This document shows positions 37,376 to 48,235 of a stretch of 64,000 bases of DNA, piece after piece. The stretch is from Cercozoa sp. M6MM (lineage: Eukaryota; Protista; Endomyxa: Ascetosporea): assembly GCA_040357565.1 (NCBI GenBank), contig JBDODJ010000031.1; one strand, 5' to 3'. The notes under the pieces are model-generated. The model was not told where the DNA came from. It did no database searches and saw only the letters and a list, made by a program, of their open reading frames with translations. Within the stretch, counting starts at the first letter, position 1. The number at the start of each line of letters is the position of its first letter. The position numbers and the translations under genes are program-made.

Positions 37376-38400
37376 CCATACAATGCCATGGACAGAGCAC
37401 ATTCTCGGAGCTGCCTCTGCACTGGTACGAGGTCTATTCCATGCTGGTGCGGCATGCTCCCGAGGTGCTGTCGCAATTGGAGGACCTCAAGGTACACACA
37501 CACACGCACACCTGGCCGGCAGGGACACCGTACTATACTGATGTGTTCAACACAGGCGGTGGTGCACGATCTGCAAGATCTCCGGCAGAGCAAGTTCAAG
37601 CGCGGTCTCAGCATCATCACGAGCGACCCGGACATTGCCATTCGACTGCGAAACATCGGCGCCGTGGAATTGAATCGAATGCGGCCTCTCGTGGCTGCCA
37701 CCATGGATGCTGTGCATCGCCTTTCCGTACTCTCTCTCTCCCTCTCCCTCTTTCTCTCTCTCTCTTTCTCTCTCTCTCTTTCTCTCTCTCTTTTTCTCTC
37801 TCTCTTTTTCTCTCTCTCTCTCTTTTTCTCTCTCTCCCTTGCACGACTGATCAGTTGCTGCTTAGGTCGCACAAAGGCGGCGCGTGGACCACTACCGACC
37901 TGAGATTGGCGATGCTGGAGGCCCAGCGCCGCTGCCGCTGCCTTCTTCCACACCTGCCGCCCAACTGCACCGCTTGCGCAGGGTACACTCTGTGGCAGGC
38001 AGACACCTATGTGCGTGGGGGCTTCTAGCCTCGTGGCGTGTAGGAGCAGCACCAACAACAGGCAGGATCGCAAGAAACCCGCGCGCGACCAAGGTATATG
38101 CAGCTTCTGTCTGTGCTGCTGTTGCTGCGCGGCTTCACAGCCGTGCATGTGCGTACTGCAGTGCGACCAACCGAGCGACGCCGTTCGCGTCCGTTGGTGC
38201 CAGTGCTCGGCCTTCCAGTGCCAGTACCTTCTTTCTTTCCGCATACTTACATTCGCGCTGTGTCACTCAATAAATTAATTGAGCGCCGTAGTGACCGATT
38301 CCACCGCATCACAGCCGCCGAGTTCTTTCGCGTCGCAGCTGCGCAGGGATCGCAGCGCTGGTTAAATATCATACGTTGTCGGTCACGCGTACTGCGCTGT
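36787..38400 (+). CDS. PSF2: GINS complex subunit Psf2, with C-terminal extension (end approximate; core ends near 37727)
   Basis: EVDFMAQDVLIDVTP, FGPFQ..PVPIW|LALQL, PKWLDIEHL, FSELPLHWYEV, DLQDLRQSK, NIGAVELNRMRP. Confidence 0.9.
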
Positions 38401-38969
38401 CAGTCCTTACGTTACCGCGCACCCTGCACGGCAGCGCTAGCATGGCTGCGTTGGATATTTGTACATGTTAAAACTGGGTTGGCAACTGGGGGCGTTTTTG
38501 AAAACATCCAAAGCGTACGGTAACGTAACAGGTCTGGCGTTCGGATGCGGCGGCAACAAATTCGTTCGCTCAGCTGCTGCCACCCAACACTGCTTTTTTG
38601 TTGTTTTCCAAACAGCATAGACCACTTTCCTTGCACGATTGTGACACACTTCGTACGGTCTTTTTGTCCAGTTGATGATTCCAATTCTAGTCCAAAGTAC
38701 CCTTGTGCCCTGCGCGAGAGCTTGTGCAATTGTTTCCTGCTTGTACATAGTTAAATTTACAGTCTCATATCTCCTTTCATAGAAACGTCAATTTTGGTCA
38801 TGTTTCCTGGGTGCCGCTGACCCGTCGCTCTGTCAGCTCCAAACTGAACTAATTAGAGTTTGTTGAATACTCAGCGTGGAAACTTGGGAGCTTACTATAG
38901 AGTACAGGCACTCAGACTCGGCCGTACACGTCTGACGTGACGCGACGGCCCGACACGGCAGCGCAATGC

Positions 38970-41953
38970 CAGTGTCATTGGTACCTATACGACATCTCGG
39001 TGCTGTATCGTTGCAGGCGTTGTGCGCTTTCTTTTCTCTGCCAGCGGGATGGATGTTATTACTTTTTTGACGATCTGGATTTTCTCCACAAAGATTTCTC
39101 CCCCGCTTCGCGGTAAACTTCGACCACACCTCCCCCAATCGTATGTGTACGATGCTTAGATATTTGACTTAAAACTACGTTCTGATTGTTGGTGCGTACT
39201 TAGCTACAACGCAAAGCGCACTTGTCGGTCGTCATCGCTCTGTAGGAATGAGGCTTCCTCGCCCGTGGCAAATGAATGCAAGGACTGTGTCCCCTGTGGT
39301 GTCCGTTTGCGAATCTTTGCGTCGTTGCTGCGTCTTCGTTCGTCTATCACAACGCCGTCCGATGTCGGCGATCTCAGTGGCACCAAGTTTCCAAACGCAT
39401 CTTCAGCCGAATGAGCGCGCGTGCCTGTTGGAGGTCGGAAGAACCGTGGTCGTTCATTGGTGTACCTAAGCAACACGGAGATTTAAGGGAATGGCACAGC
39501 GGAAGGAACATGAAGACAATTCACTGTTGTGCTTCGCGACTATCTGTCGAGTTAATTGTGGGTACACGTGCGCTCTCCGCGATTGCCTTCGCGGCGGCAG
39601 AAGCTGCCCGTGCAGAGGTGCTGTCTTCAACCCGTGGATCCACAAGCACACGGCGGCGCATGTGCTCCAGCCCCAGTACCAGTATTAAGAACACCGGCAA
39701 GACTAGTCCCAGTACAACATAGCCGAGCTTTTCGGCCACGCATGAGCTCTTTGCATTTAGAACACGATATCTACTCTCCTAATCCCAAAGAACAGCGGGC
39801 ATACCGTATTCGGTTCTTGACACAACTCTTCGGAGCGTATGAGACCGAGCGCAACGACCACAAGCATCAGAGGTATCAAGAGACGTCCCATCAGTCTATG
39901 CACAAACTCGAACCACTGCCGCATGTCGCTGTCTCCAACCGGCGGTCGCAAAAGCCCCATCGTCACTTGGGCTAACATGAACAAGAAGGCAACGAACCCG
40001 AGAACACCTGCCCAAAAGACGCTAATCAAAAGGCAGTTGTTGGGAGGAAGCACAGGACAGCTCTACCATGGACACCAACTGAGGAAGCCACGAAGTGTGA
40101 GCCGCCTTCATCACTGATATGCACTGTAATCAGGACGAAGGCAGCAAACGTTAAAGCTGTCGTGAGGATTGCAAATAGTCGGTGGTAGCGAAACCAGCGC
40201 GTGCTCGGCGTCGCCATGCGCGCAATCTCCCGAATCATCGACAACTGGTCTGCAGCTCCGCCGCTTTGTTTCAGTTCAAGCGAGCGCTGCAGCGTCGCAC
40301 CTCTGGAACACAATCGAATATTCAGTTTATACAAAAACTGAAGTGTATCTGGTGTACTGCTCGCGACTGCGCGTGTAGGCTTGATTCATGTCGTGAATCT
40401 TCAGATAGCGTGCCGACATGACAGCGAGTGGTGCGCAAACCAACCATGCCAGCGTCATCAGCACTCCGTGTGCGTATACGAGTGGTGGCACTCCGCCGAC
40501 CGTGATGTTGTTGCCGCTGGTGAAGTCCACTTTTATCGCACCTATGTGCAAAGGCGTAATTTTACACGTGCCCGGCTTCACTTGTAACCATTCAATGACT
40601 GCTTCCTACCTCGACTTTGATGCTGCTGCAGCTGCCAATCATCGGACAGAGTCTGCGAATGAGTAGCCCACACCACCGAAGTTGTCCTCCCGAAGCCGTA
40701 CTCGATCCCTGTCTCGGATAGAGGCACCGAAAACAACACAAAGTGCTCACCATTGTCGCTTCCGGTGAGCACACTTTTCACCGTCGTGTCCTAAACCGGA
40801 TGACGTTAAACAAATCTAACTGGCTTGGAAGAATCTTTTCAGGTTACCGAAATATGCGTGACCCCAGAAACGGACTTGGCCGTCATGCTTACCGTGGCTA
40901 GGGCATCACTTGAAACCTGTGAGCTGGTGCTGCCAATGCGTGCAACGTACGCATTGCCGAGCATTCTTTCTCGGTTGAAGCCCAACGCCACGTAGCCCTG
41001 CGAGAGTGTACTCGAAGCGAGCTGCACAGTCAGTACGCGCTGGCTGCTGTCCTGCTTATCGGCGTCGAATCTCCACCTGCAGAAATCGGCACGTATCCGC
41101 AACAAGTGATTGCGAGAGTCAGTGACACTAATAAATTCTACCGCATGATGGCGTCAGTTCCAAGCGCCACTCCGAATGGAAACGCGTCGGTTCCCAGAGC
41201 TGTCGCGGCGCCACTGGACGTCTCATTGTTGCCAGTGAGGATGTCGACATTGATTACACCTCGCGCAGTATGCATGTTGAGAGCATCGTACGAAAACAAC
41301 TCGTTACTTGACCTGGCCCAGATCGCTGTAGCTTTCGACAGCATTTGTGACACACTCGACTGAGTCGTTGGCATATGCCATTCGGCCAGAATATCGCCAC
41401 TTCCAACGTCAATCTCGATCTTTGGTAGCTGTTCAACAGGTCAAGTAAATGTTGACATGCAAACAAGGCAATTTGCCAAAAACTAACCTTCAGCCAGCTG
41501 CCACTGGCAGCGTCACCTGCCGTCGCGACCTTTTTAACCCCCGAAACCGTCTTTGACTCGATCTGAAACTCCGCCTGCGCGTCATTTTCACGATACCCTA
41601 CCGATAGTATAGTGCAGTCGCAATGAAGAGTGCAAATACGAGATCTGCGACGTCGGGGTCACCGCGGTCAATGCGCAGCGCAATCACCCGTGCTCCTACC
41701 ATCGCACTGGTTCCAAAACCAATGGCAATCCAGCCTCTGCGGTAACACCAAACAACTATAATTGGGCACTTGGTAGCAAAGCTGTTGATTACGTGGGCTG
41801 ATCCGTTCGCAACTGGAAGTGCACGAAATCTTGTCGTCTTTTCCATAGCAAAAACGCTCCATCTGCCATCTTCCGGAGGTGTTCAAAATCGTCCAACGTC
41901 GTGTCTGCGAGAGCGCACGCCACGAATGCGAGTAGCGCGAGAAGTCGCAACAT
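38970..41953 (-). CDS. Signal peptide + two DOMON domains + cytochrome b561 (ferric-chelate reductase-like); 3' end approximate
   Basis: MLRLLALLAFVACALA; GWIAIGFGTSAMVGA; GYVALGFNRERMLG; AHGVLMTLAW, WFRYHR, VHG, LRPP..RQWFEFVHRLMG (four heme His). Confidence 0.85.
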
Positions 41954-42419
41954 CAACTATATAAACTTATATCGCACTGTCTGCGCGGCCGGAAACTATT
42001 CTACGTGTTAGAAAAGCCTTTAGGCTTCTCTTTGGAACGCAACACATTTTTCCATACACGCGCCGAAACGCTGCTGTCGGCAAAGGAAACGCTTCATTCG
42101 GCGAGGAACTGCTTTCACCATAAATATGCGGGGCGTTTCGTTCTTCGCGTTTTTCCACGAATTGCGAGCCATTCACTCTACGTACCGCGACGAGCTTGCA
42201 ATTCCCAGTGCAGCGACAGAAAACATAGCACGGGAAGGCGTCGTGGGCTCTTTCCTCAGTTTCCTTGCGTTGGCGGACCTGCGCTGATTCTTTGCCCTTG
42301 GGTGTCTGGCATATTTAGGTAGTTACTGTACTCACGTCCCCTTCCTTCCCCTGGGATGGTTTTAGTTAACTTTTCGACGCTGTCACGGTGTCCCACTTGT
42401 ACTGTACTAGTTCCATTCG

Positions 42420-44753
42420 CCTAATAGCAACGAGCTGAAGCTCATCGCCTCAAAGCTCGTCGTCTGGCAGTACGAAAACCTCGAGCGCTAGTTTGTCATG
42501 CTGTATCACACAACTTGGATTGTGCACTGAAAAGCATCACAATTCACATTAAGACATTAAGCATACCGGGTCAGCTTCATCTCCAAGGTCGTGTAGCATG
42601 CGAAGGCAGTGTGCAGTGACTATGTCAGCCTGTGTGCCCAAACTAGTCAACCGCACGTGCAATGTTGATTCAGTATGGGCGGAGCAAGGTACAGGCACAT
42701 CGAAACGAAACTGCAGCGCCAAAGCAACGCGCAGTTCACACCGCAAAATACTCTTTTTGTCCGTGTGAAATCTGTACGAAAAGAGTGCTCAAATCAGGTG
42801 ACATTAGTTTACATTGAGAAAAAAGACAGGACACGTCTCAAATAGGCGTCGAAAAAGCGTTGGAAGCTTCGCCAGCAAGGTCAGCAGCGGTTCATTGAAC
42901 TTAGCCGCCAACAGAATGCACTGCACGGAACAAAAGGGGAATACAAGTAGTCAAAACAAGTGTGAGTGCTGATACCACAGCAAAGACGAGTCGCAAATTG
43001 TCGCCGTCGACCAGACGTTGCAGGATCAAAAGGTCCTGTATCGAATCGAGGAACACACACACACACACACACATACACACACACACATACACACAAGCAT
43101 ACACACAGTAGATACGAGGTAGGTGGTGGCAAAAGCGATGGTGCTCAACTCGAGCAGGAAGGACGACGAGGACATATCGATATCGCCAGCGACACTGGTA
43201 CCGTGATTGGCGACGTGAGTACCTCTGTCGGCACCACCATCGGTGTCATGCACGAGACTGCTGACACTGCCACTGACGGTGTTGCCACCAGCGACACTGA
43301 CAACATTGACTGCAGTGGTGTCGGTGTGCATGTGCGGTATGTTGCTGCCTGTGCTGACGTGTCCGTAGGCCACTTGTACTACACGTGGTCAGTCACAAGA
43401 ACCAAGTCATTCCAACATCGTCAAAACGGTACAGATAGCGAGTCGTTTCAGCTTTCGAATGTCTGTCAGAGACTATGCAGTTATACACACATGCTCGTAC
43501 AACATAATGACTCAAGATACTCAAATCTCAAGTACAAGAGACGGCGGCATCGCAGATGCAAAGGCCGTTCTCCACTGCGTGCACACACCTTCCTCATCGC
43601 CAGTGCACATTACACAAAGAAGATACGTGTCGCACCTGCTCATCGATGGAAGCACGCACTTCTTCCGTGCGGATGTAAGAGATGGCACTGCTGATGACGA
43701 AAGGTGACGGCGACATCACCACTCGGTGTCGGCTGTCATGTTTGTACATAAAAGGACGAGAAACATGAACATAGTAGAGTTGAGGTACCCCAGCGCGAAC
43801 TGTAGTCTCGGGTCGTCGACAGTGTCAGCAGCGTATGTGTGCCGCACCCCTTCCTGCGCGTATGAGTTCACTGATAGACCCAAACTACATCTACATATGT
43901 ATGCCAGAGCACCTTTTCAAAAAACAGAACTGAGCCGTGTGGTCGCAATAACTCACCGAAACTGCCGTCTTCTGCCACTGCAACCCATACACACACTCCT
44001 TTAGAAAAGGTGTACAATTTGCTCCTAGAAGGGCAACATTACGCTGAGTTTCGATGTGTGCGGGTTGACAAAAGTGCTTCCACGGTTTCGGTGTCTGCTG
44101 GTAGATTACATATCATGCATAGTACACATGCGTCTCTTTAGTCAGGTAGAAATACCGTGGCCTGTGACATGACGGAGATGCGGCCGTAGGGCACCCACTT
44201 TCCTCCTGTACCAAATACACATACACACACGCACACATACACACACGCAAACATACACACACCCACACACACACACACACACACATACACACACACACAC
44301 ACACATAGACACACAGGTGACTCGAGAGCGAGTGGTACGCGACGATGTGCAGAGCAGGAAGGCTTCGTTGGCGAGTGAACCGGCGTGCTGCGAAATCGGT
44401 AGCATCCCGCGCGTCGTTTCTTGCCTGCACGCATGAACATGTGTTGTATATTTGGTGCGTGGTCCAAGGCAGGTCAGTACATTCAAAGACAGTTGTACCG
44501 CGAGGCAGCGATTTGCGATTTGTGACGTCGCCACTCTGGTTCGTGCGAGCATAACGGTACAGACATAGCAAAGGATACATATGTATGCTCTCGCTTGTAC
44601 CTTCCTGGCCTTCTCGATACACGCCGTAGATATCGGCGCGTGATCTGCGAGTCGCAGGCATGCAGCGCGACCTCATGCAACAAAACAAAACAAAAACATA
44701 CTTGGGGCTCGCTTCGCGTCGATGTGCAAAACTGCCGAGATTGTGTCTTTCAT
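42420..44753 (-). CDS. Hypothetical spliced protein of unknown function
   Basis: ATG at 44753, regular short GT-AG introns and open exons; no motif recognised. Confidence 0.4.
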
Positions 44754-45258
44754 CGTACTACATCATGCACTCACATGTAAGGATGCACTGCGCAAGTCGC
44801 GCACGACAGCGACAGATCGATACCATACGCCGCACTTCTTCTGCAGGTGGATCCTCTTTTCGAGAGTCATACCTGAGTGTCTGCGTACAAGAGCGAATAT
44901 GGCAACTGGTCACACAATTCAAAGCGAAATACACTTTTCGCTCACCAAAAGAAAAGTCTCAGCGGCGTTCAAAGCCTCAGGCGAAAGTTCAGCGAATGAA
45001 CGCTCTTCCTCTTCCATTGTGAGTCCGATAAAGTCGCTCACGCAAGTGCAGACACAGCTAAACCACCACAACTTCTATCGACTCAAAAGAAATCCGAAGC
45101 CAAAAACAAAAACGCTGCAAAATATCGCATCGATTGTGATTTTAGTGCGCCCCATGGTAAAAATATCGGTGTGAATGCGGTTAACAGGCTTTTTGTGCTG
45201 TTTGATTTCGTGCGCTTTTCTTTTGAACAATGTTTGGTTTTCTTCCTTGCGTCCACAA

Positions 45259-46520
45259 ATGATGCAGCAGATGCAAGAAGACGAGGACGAAGAAGCACCA
45301 CCGCCGACAGTGTTGGACCTACTGCAGCGAAGTCGACAGCAGCGCCTCGAACGCGCTCATTCAAGTCAGTCTGGCAACGTACTGTGCCCTCCCTCTCCTC
45401 AACAGATCCTTCTGGATCGTCCGTGCGTGTGTAGGTGCATTCGAGTCGAACACGGACAAGAGCACAGGTACGAGTGCAACGTGACTTGCAAGAACTCACG
45501 TCGATGCGCACGGCTGTGGAAGGGACGTCAACACTCGTCACTCTACCTGACTCGGATGTAGCTGATCACTACCTGGTTCTTCCGTGTCTCTCTTGTATGT
45601 TGACGTCTTGCAGAATAACCTGCGCATCCACCTCGAAGTACGGCCGTCGCGCGGATTTTTTGCCGGATTCGGTCTACACTTTGAGGTATCCGACTGTGTA
45701 CGACACAGCTGCCTCCCTTTGTGGTGTACTGCGTGTCATTTGGGGCAGATCGAGTGCTCGGAAAGGTACCCGTTCACTGCGCCGCAAGTGCGCTCACTCG
45801 CGAAAGTGTTCCACCCAAACATTCGCCTGCAGGACGGCGTCGTTCTTTTGCCGCTTCTCAACGAATGGGCCCCAACACTTGTACGGTGAACATACCGAGT
45901 GCACACCTGTGTGTGTGCAAATGCAGATACATGTGGACATGTGCAGTCGTTGAATTTCGTCGTTTACTCGCTTCAGTTGATGCTGTGTGATCCTGCACGC
46001 GATGAGCACTGCGGTACATTCGCATACTCTGAATATTCTGCATGGATGTATGGTATTTAGTCGGAAACGAAACAGCAGCGTACCTGTACCAAAGCGACCG
46101 CGAGCAGTATGCACGAGCGGTGCTTCAGTTCTTTTTTGCCTTCTCCTTACATATTCATTAGCATACAGGTGGAACATGCCTCACGAGGAGGCGAATTCAA
46201 TGGAGTGGTTTACTCTGATCTGTAACTCAACTGCAATACTCTTTGCTACTGTCATCAAAAATGCCCTTGCCATCGCAGGAGACGACAGACACCGACAAGG
46301 AGGAAACGGAGAATTAATGTGTGTTTGTACCGACTTTTTAGTGTGCGTGATTTGTCTATGTGTATTCTTGTGCATGCAGGAGGAAGAAGCGATAGCTATG
46401 GACTTTTCGAATCTGCGCATAGACACGCCACGCGCCAAGAGACGGCGCAAAGGTACCCCGATTCCGAAGTCCAGACATAGCAGTGTCGATACCGAAGTGT
46501 GTATGTGTGCACAGCAGTAA
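45259..46520 (+). CDS. UBC12/UBE2M-like E2-fold protein lacking the catalytic cysteine
   Basis: RAQVRVQRDLQEL, VRPSRGFFAG, YPFTAPQVRSLAKVFHPNIRLQDGVVLLPLLNEWAPTL versus the family pattern HPNID..GxVCLxIL..W.P. Confidence 0.8.
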
Positions 46521-46860
46521 CAAGAGACGCGTTGGCACTCGAAAATCAACTGGTCACGTGGAGTCTTCCTGTACATCACAGCCTGTCATGATATATACAC
46601 TCTGCAATACGTGCAACTGTCTCAGGAGGGAGCATTTCAGACACCTAGCTTGCAAGCACAAGTACCAGAGCCAATTGCGAGTTTTGTGTTTTTCGCGCAA
46701 CCATGAGCACGAGCAGGTGTCGGCACCGACTTCACGTGGCAATACCTCTCCGAGCCATAGTGCACGGACCAACGAGTCAGCAGCCGTGTCTCTTTCAATG
46801 CCTGCGCATCAACGCAGGCGAAGTGAGGGAGCCTGGCCACAGAGACACCGCAACGCCTTC

Positions 46861-46960
46861 AGTTCAACCTACAGTTAACAGTCCGATTTTGTACCAACTC
46901 TGTAGTTTCCCTGTCTCGGTCCTGGGGTGGGCCACAAGCGCATGGCCATAGCCCAGCGCC
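46861..46960 (-). mobile_element. Degenerate retroelement 3' fragment (copy F)
   Basis: ACCAACTCTGTAGTTTCCCTGTC..GGGGTGGGCCACAAGCGCATGGCC matches copies B, D and E. Confidence 0.7.
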
Positions 46961-47199
46961 CACTTAGGGTAGGTTGAACTATCGTTTTAGAGCCCGAGAG
47001 GTCTTGACCAGCGGCTTTAAATTCTGCGACTCGGGAGAACTGAGCTCACGGTCAGTGACATAAGACAAGACATGATAGTCACTTATTTGGTACAAAAGTG
47101 AACAAATTTGACGTGTTCGCTAGCATCTGACAGCCCTTAATTTTATATGTGATTGGAATAACCAAACATACAACTCGAGTGATGGCGTGCGGGAACGAC

Positions 47200-48048
47200 T
47201 TAGAACTTGAGCTTCGAGAAGAGGAAGGCAGTCGGGGCCGTCTGCTCCTTCTCGAGGTAACTGCGCACGCAACAGACACGTTAGTCGACTTGCTTGCCGC
47301 ACTGAATGGATCTCGCTTCCAGTCGAGACATTCGCGAGCTGAAGAACAGCTCGCCGATGTCTTGCGGACGAGCCCACCAACCACCGAAATGGAAGGCAGG
47401 ACACGACCGCAGCTCAGCGCGGTGCCGCTCCAAAACGGAGCCGACACAACCAAACGCCTCTGCCGGTTTGTGCTGGACGGGTCGCCCCTTACGATGGAGA
47501 TCGTGCAAGCCACAAGCAATCACAAGGCAAAAGCGAAAAAAACGCGCCAAGTGAGCAGACACAAGAGCAAAATAAATCCGCTGTACCGCGTCTTCATCGT
47601 CTTGCGCAGCGTCTTCTTGACCTCGGCCTTCTTGTCAGCATCCTTGATGGCGGCGGCCGTCACCAGGTCCTTAAGCTGGAGGTCAGCGTTCGGGATCGTG
47701 AAGCGCGTCGGCATGACGTGCTGCAGGTTCACGAACTTGACGAACGACTTGATCTGCGACTTGCGCAGGATCTGCTTTTTCGACATCGACTTGGTGACCT
47801 TCAGCGGGGCGCGCTCAACACCGGCCACGATGACGTGCGGGAACGGGCGGGCCTTGCTGCCGTTGTTGACCTTGACGATCACGGCCTTCTTACCGGCGAA
47901 ACGGCCAGCAAGCAGCACAACCACACGGCCGGGCTTGATGCTGCGCGCAAAGACAATATATCATCAAGCGAAAAATACGAACAGCGCCCCAAAAAAGCAC
48001 TTATAAGTGCGCAACAACTTACAACTTCTTGCTCTCGTTCTTGGACAT
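47200..48048 (-). CDS. RPL27: 60S ribosomal protein eL27; introns 47941-48022 and 47261-47586
   Basis: MSKNESKKF|IKPGRVVVLLAGRFAGKKAVIVK...KSFVKFVNLQHVMPTRF...KTR|YLEKEQTAPTAFLFSKLKF*. Confidence 0.96.
47288..47522 (-). ncRNA. Putative structured intronic RNA of unknown class in RPL27 intron 2
   Basis: Nested long-range stems plus several hairpins with GCGA and UUCG tetraloops, folded by eye (see findings). Confidence 0.65.
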
Positions 48049-48235
48049 CTCGAGTGTGTTGTAGGGTTCCCAAAAAAAAACAGGATTCGCTGCTTAGTAT
48101 TTTTGGCACAGGCGCTCCGGTCTGTTTCTCCCTGGGCTCAATTATTTTTGCCCGGGCAGAGCCCGAAGTGCGAGCAGTCCAGAGTCCTGTCCAGTGGTGT
48201 CTAGTGTTTCTTTGGCACTCTAATTGGCGCGATCG

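Noticed and set aside
42420-44753. FNIP/DENN-like identity for the hypothetical gene
   Set aside because: Only a vague resemblance in one exon; not supportable.
47288-47522. Assigning the RPL27 intron RNA to RNase P/MRP, SRP, U1, U3, telomerase RNA or a TPP riboswitch
   Set aside because: The diagnostic conserved boxes or template were not found by eye; left unassigned pending an Rfam search.
47149-48006. 285-aa ORF antisense to RPL27 (similarly 20155-20868, 52899-53654, 6426-6971)
   Set aside because: Shadow ORFs from GC-rich codon bias on the opposite strand; no recognisable motifs.
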